NCBI GenBank assembly: GCA_046293555.1
Contig: JBKBOT010000004.1
Span: 5,485-69,484 of the forward strand
Length of the DNA: 64,000 nucleotides
Direction of reading: 5' to 3'
Source of the DNA: Pyrobaculum sp.
GTDB lineage: Archaea; Thermoproteota; Thermoprotei; Thermoproteales; Thermoproteaceae
Positions 8,767 to 18,249 of this stretch are shown here, one piece after another (positions within the stretch are counted from its first letter, which is position 1; the number at the start of each line of letters is the position of its first letter). The notes below the pieces were generated by a model that did not search any database, was not told the DNA's origin, and worked only from the letters and a program-made list of their open reading frames with translations. A program made the translations under genes and the position numbers.

Positions 8767-10885
8767 GTTGACAAACTTTAAGGCCCACGAGAGGGCTGTC
8801 TTCAGGCTTGAAGAGGGGGTTGTTTTTATCCATGGCCCCAACGGCGCCGGCAAGACCTCGTTGATGGAAGCCATATCGGTGGCGTTATTTGGGTCACAGT
8901 GGGTGAGGAGAGTCGGCGGGAGGTGGTCCGACTTCTTGAGGCTAGGCGCGCCCTACGGCGAGGTGAAGCTGGCGTTAGAACATAGGGGAGATGAGGTGGT
9001 TGTGACTAGACGTTTTGAAAGAGAGGGAGGTGACGCCAGGCTGTATGTCAACAACGTCCTGGCGGCGCGGGGGGATAAAGAGGTTACCACAGAGCTTATG
9101 GCCAGGCTTGGGCTAAATGTCGAGGAGTATCGCCACCTGCTTTATATCAGACAGGGCGAGCTGCGGAGGATTCTAGAGGAGGATTATCTAGACCGCCTCT
9201 TTAGGCTAGACGAGTTCGACAAGGTGGCTGAAATAATTAAAGAGATACGGCTAGAGCTGGAGAAAAAGAGGGAGAGAGCCGCCGGGAGGGTCGAGACTTT
9301 AGAGAGAGAGGTGGCTAGCCTTAAGAGAGAGGTGGAGGAGCTAAAAGCCAGATTGGGGGAGGTGGAGGGGAGGCTGAAAGAGCTAGAAAAGACGGCGGCC
9401 GGGTTTAGAGAGGTGGAGGAGAGATATCTAAAGCTGAGGGAGCGACAAGCCTCATTGGCCAAAGAGGCGGAAAGTCTCGAAAGGCGATGGGGGGAGTACG
9501 TACAGACGGCGGTAGACCTCGAGAGAGAGGTAGAGGGGTTAAAAAAAGAGCTGGAGGCCATCTGGAAGGCCAGAGAGGAGCTACAGTTGTTACCACAGCT
9601 GGGGGACATAGAGGGGGAGTACTTCACCCTAAGGGAGCGGGTGGAAAAAGCCGAGAGGACGCCGCCAGCGGTGAGGAGTTTCAACCCACAGGTGTTAGAG
9701 GAGAAGAGGAGAGAACGAGATGAGACAATGAGGAGACACGCAGCGCTTAGCTCCAAGCTGAAACTCTTGAGAGATGTGATCAAACTGGCTAAATCCGCAC
9801 AGGGCGGCCGTTGTCCCATATGTAACTCGCCGCTAGGTAGAGATGTGGTGTGGCGCCACGAGCTGGAGGCGACGGAGCTCGAGAAGGAGGTCGAGGAGCT
9901 TGGGGCCCTCCTCCAGAGGCTTCACGACGAGGTGAAAAAACTAGAGGAGATAGAGAGACTTTACCAGAAGTATAAAGAGCTAGACGTAGACGAGACAGCC
10001 AAAAGGAGGCTTAGAGAGCTAGAGGATCTCTACAATATGAAAAAAGAGGTGGAGAGAAAAAGGGCGGCCCTCTTGGCGCAATTGGCCAGAGAGGCTGAGG
10101 TGCTCCGGCGGCTTGAGGAGAAGGAGAGGAAGAAGAGCGAGACGGAGAGAAAGGCGGAGGAGATGGGGCGGCGGATAAGAGAGGTTGAAGCTGAGCTTAA
10201 AGATGTAGAGACCCAGCTGGCCGAGGTGGAGTCAACCTATCGACAAGCCAAGACGCTTTATGAAGAATATCTCCAGAAGTCCTCTCTGGCGGCTCAGTGG
10301 AGGAAAGAACTAGGGGGGAAAGAGGGGAGGTTAGCTAAAGCCGTGGAGGAGTTAGAGAGGGAGAAAAGGGAGCTTCAGAAGCTAGAAAAAGCTGTGGAGT
10401 TAGGAAGACATATGGAGAAAGTAATTAAGGAGGTGAAGCCGGCGGTACGCCAGATCTTAATAAAAGGGGTGAACACAGAGTTAAACAAGATATTTCTACA
10501 GTTACGCCATAAGGAGTCCTTCCGGTCTATACAGCTGGTGGAAAACAACGGGCGGTACTCCGTGCGGGTAAACACGGAGGGGGGGCCTATAGACTTCAGA
10601 CAGCTCTCGTTGGGGGAACAGAACCTGGTGGCCCTCTCGCTTAGGGTGGCGGTCGCCAGGGCGTTATTGGGATGGGCCCCCTTTATGATGTTAGACGAGC
10701 CCACTGAACATCTGGACGAAAGCCACAGGAGGGGAATTGTGGAGCTCGTGAGGGGGCTGGCCTCCGTGGTGCCTCTCGTTATTGTCACCTCCCACCTGGG
10801 CGAGTTTGAAGAAGCCGCAAGCCTCACCGTGGAGCTGGCCTACCGCTCTAGAAGCCAGACGGGGGCTGAAAGCAGGGCGACATAG
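8750..10885 (+). CDS. rad50: Rad50 ATPase
   Basis: ATG 8750 (MIRRVELTNF), GPNGAGKT, coiled coil with CPIC zinc hook, LSLGEQ, LDEPTEHLD. Confidence 0.93.
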   Translation: MIRRVELTNFKAHERAVFRLEEGVVFIHGPNGAGKTSLMEAISVALFGSQWVRRVGGRWSDFLRLGAPYGEVKLALEHRGDEVVVTRRFEREGGDARLYVNNVLAARGDKEVTTELMARLGLNVEEYRHLLYIRQGELRRILEEDYLDRLFRLDEFDKVAEIIKEIRLELEKKRERAAGRVETLEREVASLKREVEELKARLGEVEGRLKELEKTAAGFREVEERYLKLRERQASLAKEAESLERRWGEYVQTAVDLEREVEGLKKELEAIWKAREELQLLPQLGDIEGEYFTLRERVEKAERTPPAVRSFNPQVLEEKRRERDETMRRHAALSSKLKLLRDVIKLAKSAQGGRCPICNSPLGRDVVWRHELEATELEKEVEELGALLQRLHDEVKKLEEIERLYQKYKELDVDETAKRRLRELEDLYNMKKEVERKRAALLAQLAREAEVLRRLEEKERKKSETERKAEEMGRRIREVEAELKDVETQLAEVESTYRQAKTLYEEYLQKSSLAAQWRKELGGKEGRLAKAVEELEREKRELQKLEKAVELGRHMEKVIKEVKPAVRQILIKGVNTELNKIFLQLRHKESFRSIQLVENNGRYSVRVNTEGGPIDFRQLSLGEQNLVALSLRVAVARALLGWAPFMMLDEPTEHLDESHRRGIVELVRGLASVVPLVIVTSHLGEFEEAASLTVELAYRSRSQTGAESRAT

Positions 10886-11967
10886 CCGCCGAAGGCTTGC
10901 ATCAAGGTCTTTCCCTCCTCCACGCCTCTTGGCACCACCTCGATCTTTACGTCTTTCCTCTCGGCCATGGTGACCACTTCTAACACCGCCTCCTCGCCTA
11001 GCTCTTCTGCCACCACCACTGTGTCCACGGCGCCGTGTTCCAACGCCTTCAGCACCTTGTCTCTGCCGTAGATAATATAGTCAGATTTCCTCACGGCGTA
11101 GTACATCACTCTCTCCATCACCTCCTTCGCCCTCACGTATTCACTCTCTTTTAGCTGCTCCTGGGCGTTCCTTATGGCCTCCACCACGCCGTACTCGTTG
11201 GCACAACATGACGACACTACCGCCAGCACCTTGTCTTTTAGCCTGTAGTCAAGTCCCCCCACCTCTAGAAACTCCTCCTTCGTGGGGCCTGGCCCCGCCA
11301 CAATTATGCCCTTTAGGGTGGGTATCTGTAGAAATATCCTGTTGACCTCCTCGGCCAGCACCTTGTAGAAAGCCTCGGCTAGGTGTTCTGTCTGTCTCTT
11401 AAAGCGGTTGGCCGACTGGCCCCCGGCGTGGTGTTTACCCGGCACGTAGAACTCCACAGTTTTTACCACCTCCCACTGGCCTCCCTTCAGAAGGGCTATC
11501 ACCGCCTCGCCCCTCTCTACAACCACAATGCCGTATGTAGTGCCGCCGTGGAGCTGTTCCTCCAGCATCTCGACGTGAAAAGCCGTGTCGCAGATATACT
11601 TAAAGGTGTGGACAGGCTGTGGCGGCACCACCACGTAGTAAACCCACTCGTAGCTACCCTGGTTGACCATATGGAAGCCGGCGAAGACCGCCATGCCGTT
11701 TTCCGGCGCCTTGGCCTCCCCCTTCAGGTTGTTCACTATACGCTCCAACGTGTCCTGGACGTGAGTCCTCGTGGTCTTGTCCTTTATGTTGGCGGCAGTG
11801 GCCCACTCGGAACGCAGGAGGTTTAACACGTCTGGGATAGGCCGCCCCGAGTTTACATATAGCGTTATGAGCGTTGTGGCATACCCCCTGAATTTTTTCA
11901 ACAGGTTTATAAATGCCCTAAGCTCCGTGGGGGTCTTGAGGTAATACACGCCGTTGGGAAGCCTCAT
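10840..11967 (-). CDS. prf1: Peptide chain release factor aRF1
   Basis: NIKD, YxCD, HAGGQSANRF; ATG at 11967. Confidence 0.95.
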   Translation of the reverse strand: MRLPNGVYYLKTPTELRAFINLLKKFRGYATTLITLYVNSGRPIPDVLNLLRSEWATAANIKDKTTRTHVQDTLERIVNNLKGEAKAPENGMAVFAGFHMVNQGSYEWVYYVVVPPQPVHTFKYICDTAFHVEMLEEQLHGGTTYGIVVVERGEAVIALLKGGQWEVVKTVEFYVPGKHHAGGQSANRFKRQTEHLAEAFYKVLAEEVNRIFLQIPTLKGIIVAGPGPTKEEFLEVGGLDYRLKDKVLAVVSSCCANEYGVVEAIRNAQEQLKESEYVRAKEVMERVMYYAVRKSDYIIYGRDKVLKALEHGAVDTVVVAEELGEEAVLEVVTMAERKDVKIEVVPRGVEEGKTLMQAFGGYVALLSAPVWLLER

Positions 11968-12035
11968 GTCTACACAGTGGAGATGTACTTTATATATTTT
12001 GGAGAAGGTTTTTAAACACATGTTTTAGACACCAC

Positions 12036-12356
12036 GTGTCTCTTGCCTCTAGGAGAAAAGTGAGGATTAGGCTATATGGCACCAACCCGACAGATTTAGA
12101 ACAAGTGGCTAGAGAGATCGTAGAGCTAGCCAAAAAGATGGGCGTAGAGGTGAGAGGCCCCATCCCGCTGCCTACCCGCAGGCTTGTGGTAACAGTGAGG
12201 AGAGCGCCGTCGGGACAGGGGTATCACACTTACGACCACTGGGAGATGCGAATCTCCAAGAGGCTTATAGACATAGAGGCCTCAGAGAGAGTGTTGAGAA
12301 GACTTATGACCATACGTGTGCCAGACACAGTAAAGATAGAACTACAACTGATTTAA
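12036..12356 (+). CDS. rps10: 30S ribosomal protein uS10
   Basis: VRGPIPLPT...WEMRISKRLIDI. Confidence 0.97.
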   Translation: MSLASRRKVRIRLYGTNPTDLEQVAREIVELAKKMGVEVRGPIPLPTRRLVVTVRRAPSGQGYHTYDHWEMRISKRLIDIEASERVLRRLMTIRVPDTVKIELQLI

Positions 12357-12448
12357 TGTCAATTTACAAATTTGTGTTATTTCTAGCCACGGCGATTTTA
12401 ATTGCGGCCATTGTGGTGATAATCTTCCTATCTCTCCATGCCCCTTAA
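12356..12448 (+). CDS. 30-aa single-TM microprotein (MSIYKFVLFLATAILIAAIVVIIFLSLHAP)
   Basis: ATG overlaps the rps10 stop (TAATG); about 22 consecutive hydrophobic residues; below the ORF-track cut-off. Confidence 0.55.
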   Translation: MSIYKFVLFLATAILIAAIVVIIFLSLHAP

Positions 12449-12655
12449 GACGTAATAGCTCCTGTGGTTTATCACAACTCTTTTCACAAGCCCCTCGCGC
12501 TCTAGGACATATAGATGCCACTGAAGCCTCCCCCACTCCATCCCCGTGAGTCTCATCAACTGGCTCTGTGTGAAAGGCCCTTTCTCGCTGAGAAGTTCCA
12601 ATAGTCTCACTCTGTCTGAATGCCCCAACGCCGTTGTGTGTTTCCATCTAGCCAT
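12428..12655 (-). CDS. Small winged-helix DNA-binding protein
   Basis: RLLELLSEKG..TQSQL..LTGM..GRLQWHLYVLEREGLV. Confidence 0.75.
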   Translation of the reverse strand: MARWKHTTALGHSDRVRLLELLSEKGPFTQSQLMRLTGMEWGRLQWHLYVLEREGLVKRVVINHRSYYVLRGMER

Positions 12656-12663
12656 GCGCGGCC

Positions 12664-13347
12664 CTATTTGCCAAAATAAAAACTCTCCGTAGTGGCGTTA
12701 ATTGTGTCTAGACAGCGGGCGACCTCCCTAATGGCTTTTCTGATCTCCTCGCCGCTGGGCGCCTCTATGCCGAAAAGCTCTGCCTCCAGCCTGGCTGCCA
12801 GCCAGTAGAGCCTCAGTTTTGCCAAAACTAGGGTCTTGTTGGCCATCTCCACAGCCGGTTGTATGGGAGTCTCAATGCCGCGGTGTTTTAGTGGGATGTC
12901 AAGCCTCTCCTCGCCCAATATCTCTACAAAAATACCCCCCTTGTTTATTGTAATAATACCGCTGTGTTTGTGGCCAGTCTCTCTCCCAATTTCTACAATC
13001 TTATATGCAGTCCTCACATCGGCTGTGGCCACGTGGATAATTGCCCCCCTTACCATAAGCCAGGCGTGATCTAGCTCAGAAATGGCCTCTTCTATCAACT
13101 CTGTAGGCACTGGATGATGCCACTTCGCCACAGGCCGGAAGCCCTTGCCCTTGCTATAACTAGGCCTGACTGCCTCTGCCACCATGATCCTGCCGCTACA
13201 GCTAGAGGTGGTATATATATTGGGGTGGCTGTTTAAAAGCCTGAGGAGGGGCAGTATGTCGCCGTCTACTCTGTCTTGCAACGCCTCCAGCTCAAGTCTT
13301 TCTAAAAAGACCTTTTTACGGAGTTGAAAGACTTGTCTATCTACCAC
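12664..13347 (-). CDS. taw3: tRNA wyosine derivative methyltransferase Taw3 (TYW3 family)
   Basis: YTTSSCSGRI, KWH, IIHV, G.KHSG motifs. Confidence 0.9.
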   Translation of the reverse strand: MVDRQVFQLRKKVFLERLELEALQDRVDGDILPLLRLLNSHPNIYTTSSCSGRIMVAEAVRPSYSKGKGFRPVAKWHHPVPTELIEEAISELDHAWLMVRGAIIHVATADVRTAYKIVEIGRETGHKHSGIITINKGGIFVEILGEERLDIPLKHRGIETPIQPAVEMANKTLVLAKLRLYWLAARLEAELFGIEAPSGEEIRKAIREVARCLDTINATTESFYFGK

Positions 13348-14237
13348 AGGTCTTTTAAAAGCCGCTCTAGCTCCTTCCTATCTTTGTCGTCTACAGGCGG
13401 CAGGGGCTCACGGGGCGGGCCCATGTCTATGCCGTGTACTATCTGCGCCGCCAGTTTGTAAAGCGTGGGCCACTTGCCCCCTAGCCTGCCCACCAGCCCA
13501 CAGCCCCCCATAAAACGCCAGAGGGGCATCAGCCTGTTGTGTAACGCCAAGGCCTCTGAGATCTTGCCCTCCCTCACGAGGCGGTACTGGTCAAGAGTAA
13601 TACGGCCGAGGAAGTTAGGCCCCGCCAACACCCCGCCGCGGGCGCCCATAACCAGCGAGGGGACAAACAACATGTCTAACCCCTGTAGTACAGAAAGGCG
13701 GCGGCCTAATAAATATATGAGGTCTAGGTGGTATCTAAAGTCGCCGCTGCTGTCCTTAACGGCCACCACCTGGCTGTACTCCTGCGCCACGAGTTCAAAA
13801 ACCTCGACAGGGATGTTATAGCCGGTGGCAAGCGGGATGGTGTAGAGAATTACAGACATATCCACTTTATCTAACACCTTTTTATAAAAGGCGTAGACTG
13901 CGGCCCAGTCGGGCTGTAGGTAATAAGGTGGCGTGATTAACAACATGTCTACCCCAACGTCTTTATATCTCCTCGCCATTTCTATAGTGGAAAGGTGGTC
14001 GCCGGTGCCGGTGCCTGCAACCACCAACGCCTTGCCGCCGGCAGCCTCCCTTGCCACCTCCATGGCCTTCACCCTCTCATCTGGCGTCAGCTTGGTCACC
14101 TCACCTGTAGAGGAGGTGGGGAAGACGCCGTGGTACCCCTCGGCCACGATTTTGGAGAGGAGTTCTCTCAAGCCGTCATAGTTGACCCCCTCTTTCGTAA
14201 AGGGGGTTACAGTGGCCACTATAACTCCCTCAATCAT
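13341..14237 (-). CDS. DHDPS/KDG-aldolase family lyase
   Basis: TPF, STGE, YTIP..TG, VKDSSGD (Schiff-base Lys). Confidence 0.88.
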   Translation of the reverse strand: MIEGVIVATVTPFTKEGVNYDGLRELLSKIVAEGYHGVFPTSSTGEVTKLTPDERVKAMEVAREAAGGKALVVAGTGTGDHLSTIEMARRYKDVGVDMLLITPPYYLQPDWAAVYAFYKKVLDKVDMSVILYTIPLATGYNIPVEVFELVAQEYSQVVAVKDSSGDFRYHLDLIYLLGRRLSVLQGLDMLFVPSLVMGARGGVLAGPNFLGRITLDQYRLVREGKISEALALHNRLMPLWRFMGGCGLVGRLGGKWPTLYKLAAQIVHGIDMGPPREPLPPVDDKDRKELERLLKDLW

Positions 14238-14259
14238 AGAAAAATACTACTGGGGTTTT

Positions 14260-15516
14260 TTAATACAACTCCTCTAGCCTCCTCCTGGCGCTCTCCACGC
14301 CGCGGGAGGCCCACGCCAAGGCGGCCGTCAGCCCCAAAAGCCACAAGACTGCGTTAATAGCTAAAAACTGGCCGGCGGTGAGAAAAGCCTCGGCTAAGAC
14401 TAGGCTTGTGTTTATTAACCACGCAGTGGCTGTGACTAGCCCCACTACAGAGGCCCTGACGCCTGTGGGGAATAACTCGCTTTCTAATACGCTAAGCGAG
14501 GCCCACGCCCATTCTGAAAAAACAAGATTAGAAAAGAGAATAGACAAATATAGAGAGAGGCCTCCCGGCATGGTGGCCAGCAGGAGGGCGGTGGCGAGGC
14601 CCCCGACGTAAGACGACAATAGGGCAAACCGCCTCGACTTGTCTATTGCCGGGATTAACAAAAAGGCGCCGATAGAGGCGCCTAGGTTAGCCACCGCCAC
14701 AATTACGGGTGCTGTCTCAACGCCTAGCGGGAAGCCCTCTGCATATGGCGAGTAGTATGCCGCTATGTTGTAGGTGGCTAATTGTGTAGAGGTCACCATA
14801 AGCAAAACCGCTAGCCTAAATAGATGGCGCCTTAACGCCTCTTTAAGCCCCACAGCTCCCTCTATAGGCATCTCAGACATCCCCATTTTTCTCAACAAGG
14901 TCTCTGCCTCAGCCCGCCTGCCCGCTGTCACAAGCCACCTGGGGGACTCGGGAAGGTGTAGCCTAGCCATAAACACAACAGTGGCCAACGCAATTGCCGT
15001 CAGGAAGGTGTAAAACACCGCCACGTCTGGCTCCTCAGCTAACGATTTATACCAAAGCGAGAGGCCGGCAATTATGGCGGCGCCGATATTCCAAAAATTA
15101 GTGGCAAGCATTAACGCCCTCCCCCTGAGGCGAGGCGGCGAGAGTTCAGCCATGGCGGCATAGGAAGGCCCCACCTCGCCCCCCACCCCGAAGTTAATCA
15201 CGCTGGTGAGTAAAACTAATGTCCCAAAAGTGAGTAGGCCGCCCCAGTAGAAGGAGACAAATAGGATAGACCCCACGGTGTAGGTGAGAAGAGATAATAT
15301 CAGCCCAAGCCGCCTCCCCACTACATCTGTCACTTTGCCAAAGGCAAAGGCCCCCGCCATAAATGCCAAAGAGTTGGCGGCAAAGACATAGGAGGCTAGG
15401 TGGGGCTGTATGAGATATATAGTGACGGGGACAAGGCTAAACAAAACGCCGTCGAGGAAAAAGCTGGCGGACACCACGGCGAAGAGGCCCCAATGCGTCT
15501 TTCCCCATCTCTCCAT
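14260..15516 (-). CDS. MFS transporter (sugar/aromatic acid type)
   Basis: TDVVGRR motif A, AELSPPRLRG, PESPRWL, SELFPTGVRAS. Confidence 0.88.
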   Translation of the reverse strand: MERWGKTHWGLFAVVSASFFLDGVLFSLVPVTIYLIQPHLASYVFAANSLAFMAGAFAFGKVTDVVGRRLGLILSLLTYTVGSILFVSFYWGGLLTFGTLVLLTSVINFGVGGEVGPSYAAMAELSPPRLRGRALMLATNFWNIGAAIIAGLSLWYKSLAEEPDVAVFYTFLTAIALATVVFMARLHLPESPRWLVTAGRRAEAETLLRKMGMSEMPIEGAVGLKEALRRHLFRLAVLLMVTSTQLATYNIAAYYSPYAEGFPLGVETAPVIVAVANLGASIGAFLLIPAIDKSRRFALLSSYVGGLATALLLATMPGGLSLYLSILFSNLVFSEWAWASLSVLESELFPTGVRASVVGLVTATAWLINTSLVLAEAFLTAGQFLAINAVLWLLGLTAALAWASRGVESARRRLEELY

Positions 15517-15559
15517 CAATAAGTAGTTAATTTTGATATAAAAACTTACTTATTTGGCT

Positions 15560-15790
15560 TCACCCAGTTTTACTATCTCTCTTCTCCACCTTGACGAGCC
15601 CTGCTTCCTCAAGCCGCCTTACTGCTTTAAATACCGTAGTGCGCGGAATCCCTAAATCAGACTCAAAAAAACCCCGCCTCTCTCCCTAACGTGACGGAGA
15701 ATCAACATGTCTACTTCTGAAAGACCTCCTGGCGTCTTTCCCCACCCGTTTTACATTTGTATACCCCCTAGCCGTGTAACCTAAACCACA
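15560..15790 (-). pseudogene. Frameshifted winged-helix regulator remnant
   Basis: Frame 1 LSEVDMLILRHVRERGGVF joins frame 2 ESDLGIPRTTVFKAVRRLEEAGLVKVEKRDSKTG* across a T7 run (A7 on + strand, 15665-15671); stops upstream. Confidence 0.7.
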
Positions 15791-16032
15791 ATGTTGACGT
15801 CAAGACTAAGAGTCACGACATGAGAAAATAAAAAATAGACGGCACGCTGTCTGAATTTAGAAAAACGTTAATAAGATAGGAAAAGTCACCGTGTAAAACA
15901 GTAAAACAGCCAGAGAAAACTTAAAAACTCATAAAAACAAAACGCTAGAAACCCCAGGATCTCAAAAAGAGGATTGAAAGTAAAAGAGGATTGAGAGTTA
16001 AGGAATGGGGTTATTCCACAGGCGGAAAGCCT

Positions 16033-16752
16033 CTAGAGACTTTCCGCAGGCGGAATTTTCGCCGTGGCCACGGCCAACGCCGTGAAGAGAAAACTACTGG
16101 CCAAAACCCTGCGGCCCATCTTCCTGATGTCTCCCACAGCCGACAGTTTTACATTATGCCGATAGTTCTGTATAAGGAGGTAAGTGGGCTCTACCGCCGC
16201 GACGAGAAACGGCGGGTGAGACGCCGCAATGTAGCCAACTGCAGGAGCCCACAGGAGTAGAGGCACGCCGGGGTCCACATTTCTAAAGGCCAGTCTTGAC
16301 TCTACATACAAGGCAAAGGTGACAAAATATATGACATATAGCGGGTAGAACAACGTCTCGACGCCGGCGGGGACGCCAAGTAGATACCGCATGGGGATAG
16401 CCAAGGAGGAGTATAACGCAAGGCCGGCCACATACCCTGTGGGCGTCCTTATGCGGCCTCTGGCTGCAGTTAGAAACACCACCATGGCCAACGCCACGAG
16501 GTAGACAACCCAAGGCGGCGGCATGTTCCACAACGCCGGGGCATACGGCAAGACGTTTAAAACAACAAGCGGGAGAGAAAGGCGGCGTCTAGAGGCCTCC
16601 TCAAAAAGAGGGCTGAAGGTAGTCAGGTGGATAAAAAACGCCAACGCCACGAGGGCAACGCGCCACCACTCCGCGGGGAGGCCCAGGGCGAGGACAGCCG
16701 CCAGGTTTGTAACTAACACCCCCACGATGGTCCACTCTCTGGGTAGACGCAT
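16033..16752 (-). CDS. Polytopic membrane protein, possibly YwiC-like
   Basis: Multiple TM segments; N-terminal LPREW resembles the YwiC start; follows ccmB. Confidence 0.45.
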   Translation of the reverse strand: MRLPREWTIVGVLVTNLAAVLALGLPAEWWRVALVALAFFIHLTTFSPLFEEASRRRLSLPLVVLNVLPYAPALWNMPPPWVVYLVALAMVVFLTAARGRIRTPTGYVAGLALYSSLAIPMRYLLGVPAGVETLFYPLYVIYFVTFALYVESRLAFRNVDPGVPLLLWAPAVGYIAASHPPFLVAAVEPTYLLIQNYRHNVKLSAVGDIRKMGRRVLASSFLFTALAVATAKIPPAESL

Positions 16753-16779
16753 GACACATAGACGTCATGTACATATTAA

Positions 16780-17325
16780 TTAATGTCTGTAGTCTAAAAG
16801 CGCCGCCACGAGTGTCCCCACGGCGGCTGTGAGGACCAACGCCCCTACGGCGGCTGTATGGCCTTCTGCCGCAGCTACCGCGGGGGGTAGGGCCAGAACT
16901 ATGGCCATGGCGGTGGCGGCTGGGGGCGGCAGCCCGCCGTAGACTGCAAAAAGCGCCGCCAGGGAGCTTACCGTGGAGAACAACAACGCCGTAATTACCG
17001 CCGTGGGGATGTGGGCTGGGTGGATGAAAAGAGTGGCCAACGCCGTGGCTAACGCCGTCGTGAGGCCTGTCACCACGAGTTTAGAGATGTAGATCTCCAC
17101 GTGGCTTGTGTAATATATCAGCCCTTCCAACACGCCTCTGTCCCAATCCCTAATGACGTAAAGATAGGCAGATAGCTGGGAGGCCAACAGGGCTATTAGA
17201 TAGACGGCAGGCCACCCCGCGGCGGAGGCCAACACCCCCGCGGCTATCGCCACTGTGGCTATATAAGCCGTCTCTTCCGGCCTTCTGGCCGCCGCCTTTA
17301 GGTCAGCCTTTATGATCTCCCACAT
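16780..17325 (-). CDS. ccmB: Heme exporter permease CcmB-like
   Basis: IIKADL..AAR start, RDWDRGVLE loop, about 6 TMs; follows ccmA. Confidence 0.7.
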   Translation of the reverse strand: MWEIIKADLKAAARRPEETAYIATVAIAAGVLASAAGWPAVYLIALLASQLSAYLYVIRDWDRGVLEGLIYYTSHVEIYISKLVVTGLTTALATALATLFIHPAHIPTAVITALLFSTVSSLAALFAVYGGLPPPAATAMAIVLALPPAVAAAEGHTAAVGALVLTAAVGTLVAALLDYRH

Positions 17326-17881
17326 TGATTTCTCCCATCTTGAGCTCTCTCCCCAGCCCCAGAGGAAACGGCGAGGTTAACAACGCCGCCGGCCTTTGTC
17401 TTACTATATCCATGAGTTCCCCCCGGGCCTCCTCGTCTAGCCCCGTGGTGGGCTCGTCGATTACGAGATTCGGGGGGTCTGGCAACAAGGCTCTCGCCAG
17501 GTCTACCCGCCGCCTCCAGCCAAAACTGAGGGTCTTGACGGGCTTGTCTAACACCTTACAGACGCCCAGGGGGCAGCCCTCCAGCTTTCCGCCAGAAAGC
17601 TTGGCGAAAAGCCTTAAGTTCTCCCTCACTGTGAGCTCTGGGTAGAGCGTCGGGCTGTGGAAAACCACGCCGAGAGTTCTGGCGGGGACTTTAGGCCTGG
17701 CGCCATCTATATACACCTCGCCCCTTGTGGGTTCCAACACGCCGGCAATTATTCGCACCAACGTGGTCTTGCCGGAGCCATTTGGGCCCACGAGCGTGAC
17801 GACCCCACCTATGGACAGACTTACCCCTCTAAGCACCCAGCCCTCCCCCAGCCTCTTCCATAGGTTTATCACTTCAATCAC
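17303..17881 (-). CDS. ccmA: Heme exporter ATPase CcmA
   Basis: GPNGSGKT, LSFGWRRR, IDEPTTGLD; ccm operon context. Confidence 0.8.
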   Translation of the reverse strand: MIEVINLWKRLGEGWVLRGVSLSIGGVVTLVGPNGSGKTTLVRIIAGVLEPTRGEVYIDGARPKVPARTLGVVFHSPTLYPELTVRENLRLFAKLSGGKLEGCPLGVCKVLDKPVKTLSFGWRRRVDLARALLPDPPNLVIDEPTTGLDEEARGELMDIVRQRPAALLTSPFPLGLGRELKMGEINVGDHKG

Positions 17882-18249
17882 CCCGCTGGGGCGTAGTAGG
17901 CGGAGTGACAGCCTTTGATAATCGTGGTGATATTTAACGTCCTTGTGGCTGGGCTGTATACGCCCTCTACCACCACCTCACGGTCGAACTGAAACTGGGG
18001 GCCGGCCATTTTGACCACCTCCATGTAGGGCACCACGGCCCTTATGGTAAAGCCGTCTCTCCCCCTGAGCGTTAAGTAGAGATAATCCCCCTCCCTGCCG
18101 TAATCCACAAGGACGCCGGACACCCTCACCTTGCCGCCAGGAAAGTTCTTAAGGTCAGACACGTCTTTTGGACTCCCCACATAAAGCGACATGATGCCCG
18201 CCGCGAGAAAGACGGCGGCTAGGGCAATAATTAAGACAAGCCGCCTCAT
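17878..18249 (-). CDS. ccmE: Heme chaperone CcmE (CxxxY variant)
   Basis: N-terminal TM, GKVRVSG, VVVEG, C-terminal KGCHSAY. Confidence 0.85.
   Translation of the reverse strand: MRRLVLIIALAAVFLAAGIMSLYVGSPKDVSDLKNFPGGKVRVSGVLVDYGREGDYLYLTLRGRDGFTIRAVVPYMEVVKMAGPQFQFDREVVVEGVYSPATRTLNITTIIKGCHSAYYAPAG

Noticed and set aside
8705-10885. AG-rich purine skew and many antisense ORFs over rad50
   Set aside because: Reflects Glu/Lys/Arg coiled-coil codons; the antisense ORFs are shadows.
10840-10885. 46-nt convergent overlap of rad50 and aRF1
   Set aside because: Short tail-to-tail overlaps recur throughout this compact window (e.g. nosY/narJ, MFS/nuoC).
11770-11800. NIKD instead of NIKS in aRF1
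   Set aside because: Common archaeal variant.
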